DNA of 63,746 bases, counting the filler, from Octopus bimaculoides (lineage: Eukaryota): the NCBI RefSeq assembly GCF_001194135.2. It is 5 parts of 5 records of this genome, joined end to end, with 100 filler letters (N's around TTAATTAATTAA, not from the genome) between each part and the next. Parts side by side here need not be neighbours in the genome. Positions count along the whole stretch, not along the records: positions 58,527 to 63,746 come from NW_026386015.1; 4 more parts are not named here. One strand, given 5' to 3'. Made by a program: the position numbers and the translations under genes. This document shows positions 63,586-63,746 of the stretch, one piece after another (position 1 is the stretch's first letter; each line of letters begins with the position of its first letter). The notes beneath the pieces are model-generated. The model searched no databases and was not told the origin of the DNA. It was given only the letters and a program-made list of their open reading frames with translations.

Positions 63586-63746
63586 AAAGTGCGTTCCAAT
63601 CTATGCATCCATCTCCACATGTGTGCCATTTTTTCACACGAATCCACCCAGCCTTTGGCTGTGAACCTCGAGACAAGAAAGAATACAACGGTCGGCCATG
63701 TTCAATATATATTATATATACATACATACATATATATATATATATA

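Overview
This is AT-rich animal nuclear DNA, dense in microsatellites and retroposons. About 8 kb (~13%) is N-gap. The repeat landscape suggests an octopod cephalopod, but that is an inference and not a database result. I could not confidently identify any intact host gene. Nearly all long ORFs in the track are microsatellite or N-gap read-throughs. The window is a TE graveyard containing: (1) several tRNA-derived SINE families (my labels A-E); (2) decayed hAT and Tc1/mariner transposases (DD34D, DD37D and others) and MITEs; (3) 3' fragments of RTE, CR1-like and R4/Dong-like LINEs sitting in (CATA)n or (AAT)n repeats; and (4) three Penelope-like GIY-YIG fragments. The most interesting signal is four unrelated minimal type I hammerhead-ribozyme motifs (4828-4864 -, 30484-30529 -, 59376-59420 -, 60982-61021 +). 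One lies inside a tRNA-headed SINE bounded by a perfect 10-bp target-site duplication (30435-30907), i.e. a candidate hammerhead-carrying Pol III SINE. Two are short ORF-less modules inserted in (TA)n, and one ends a Penelope-like element. Four N44-TTAATTAATTAA-N44 spacers are artificial scaffold joins, so adjacency across them is unverified.
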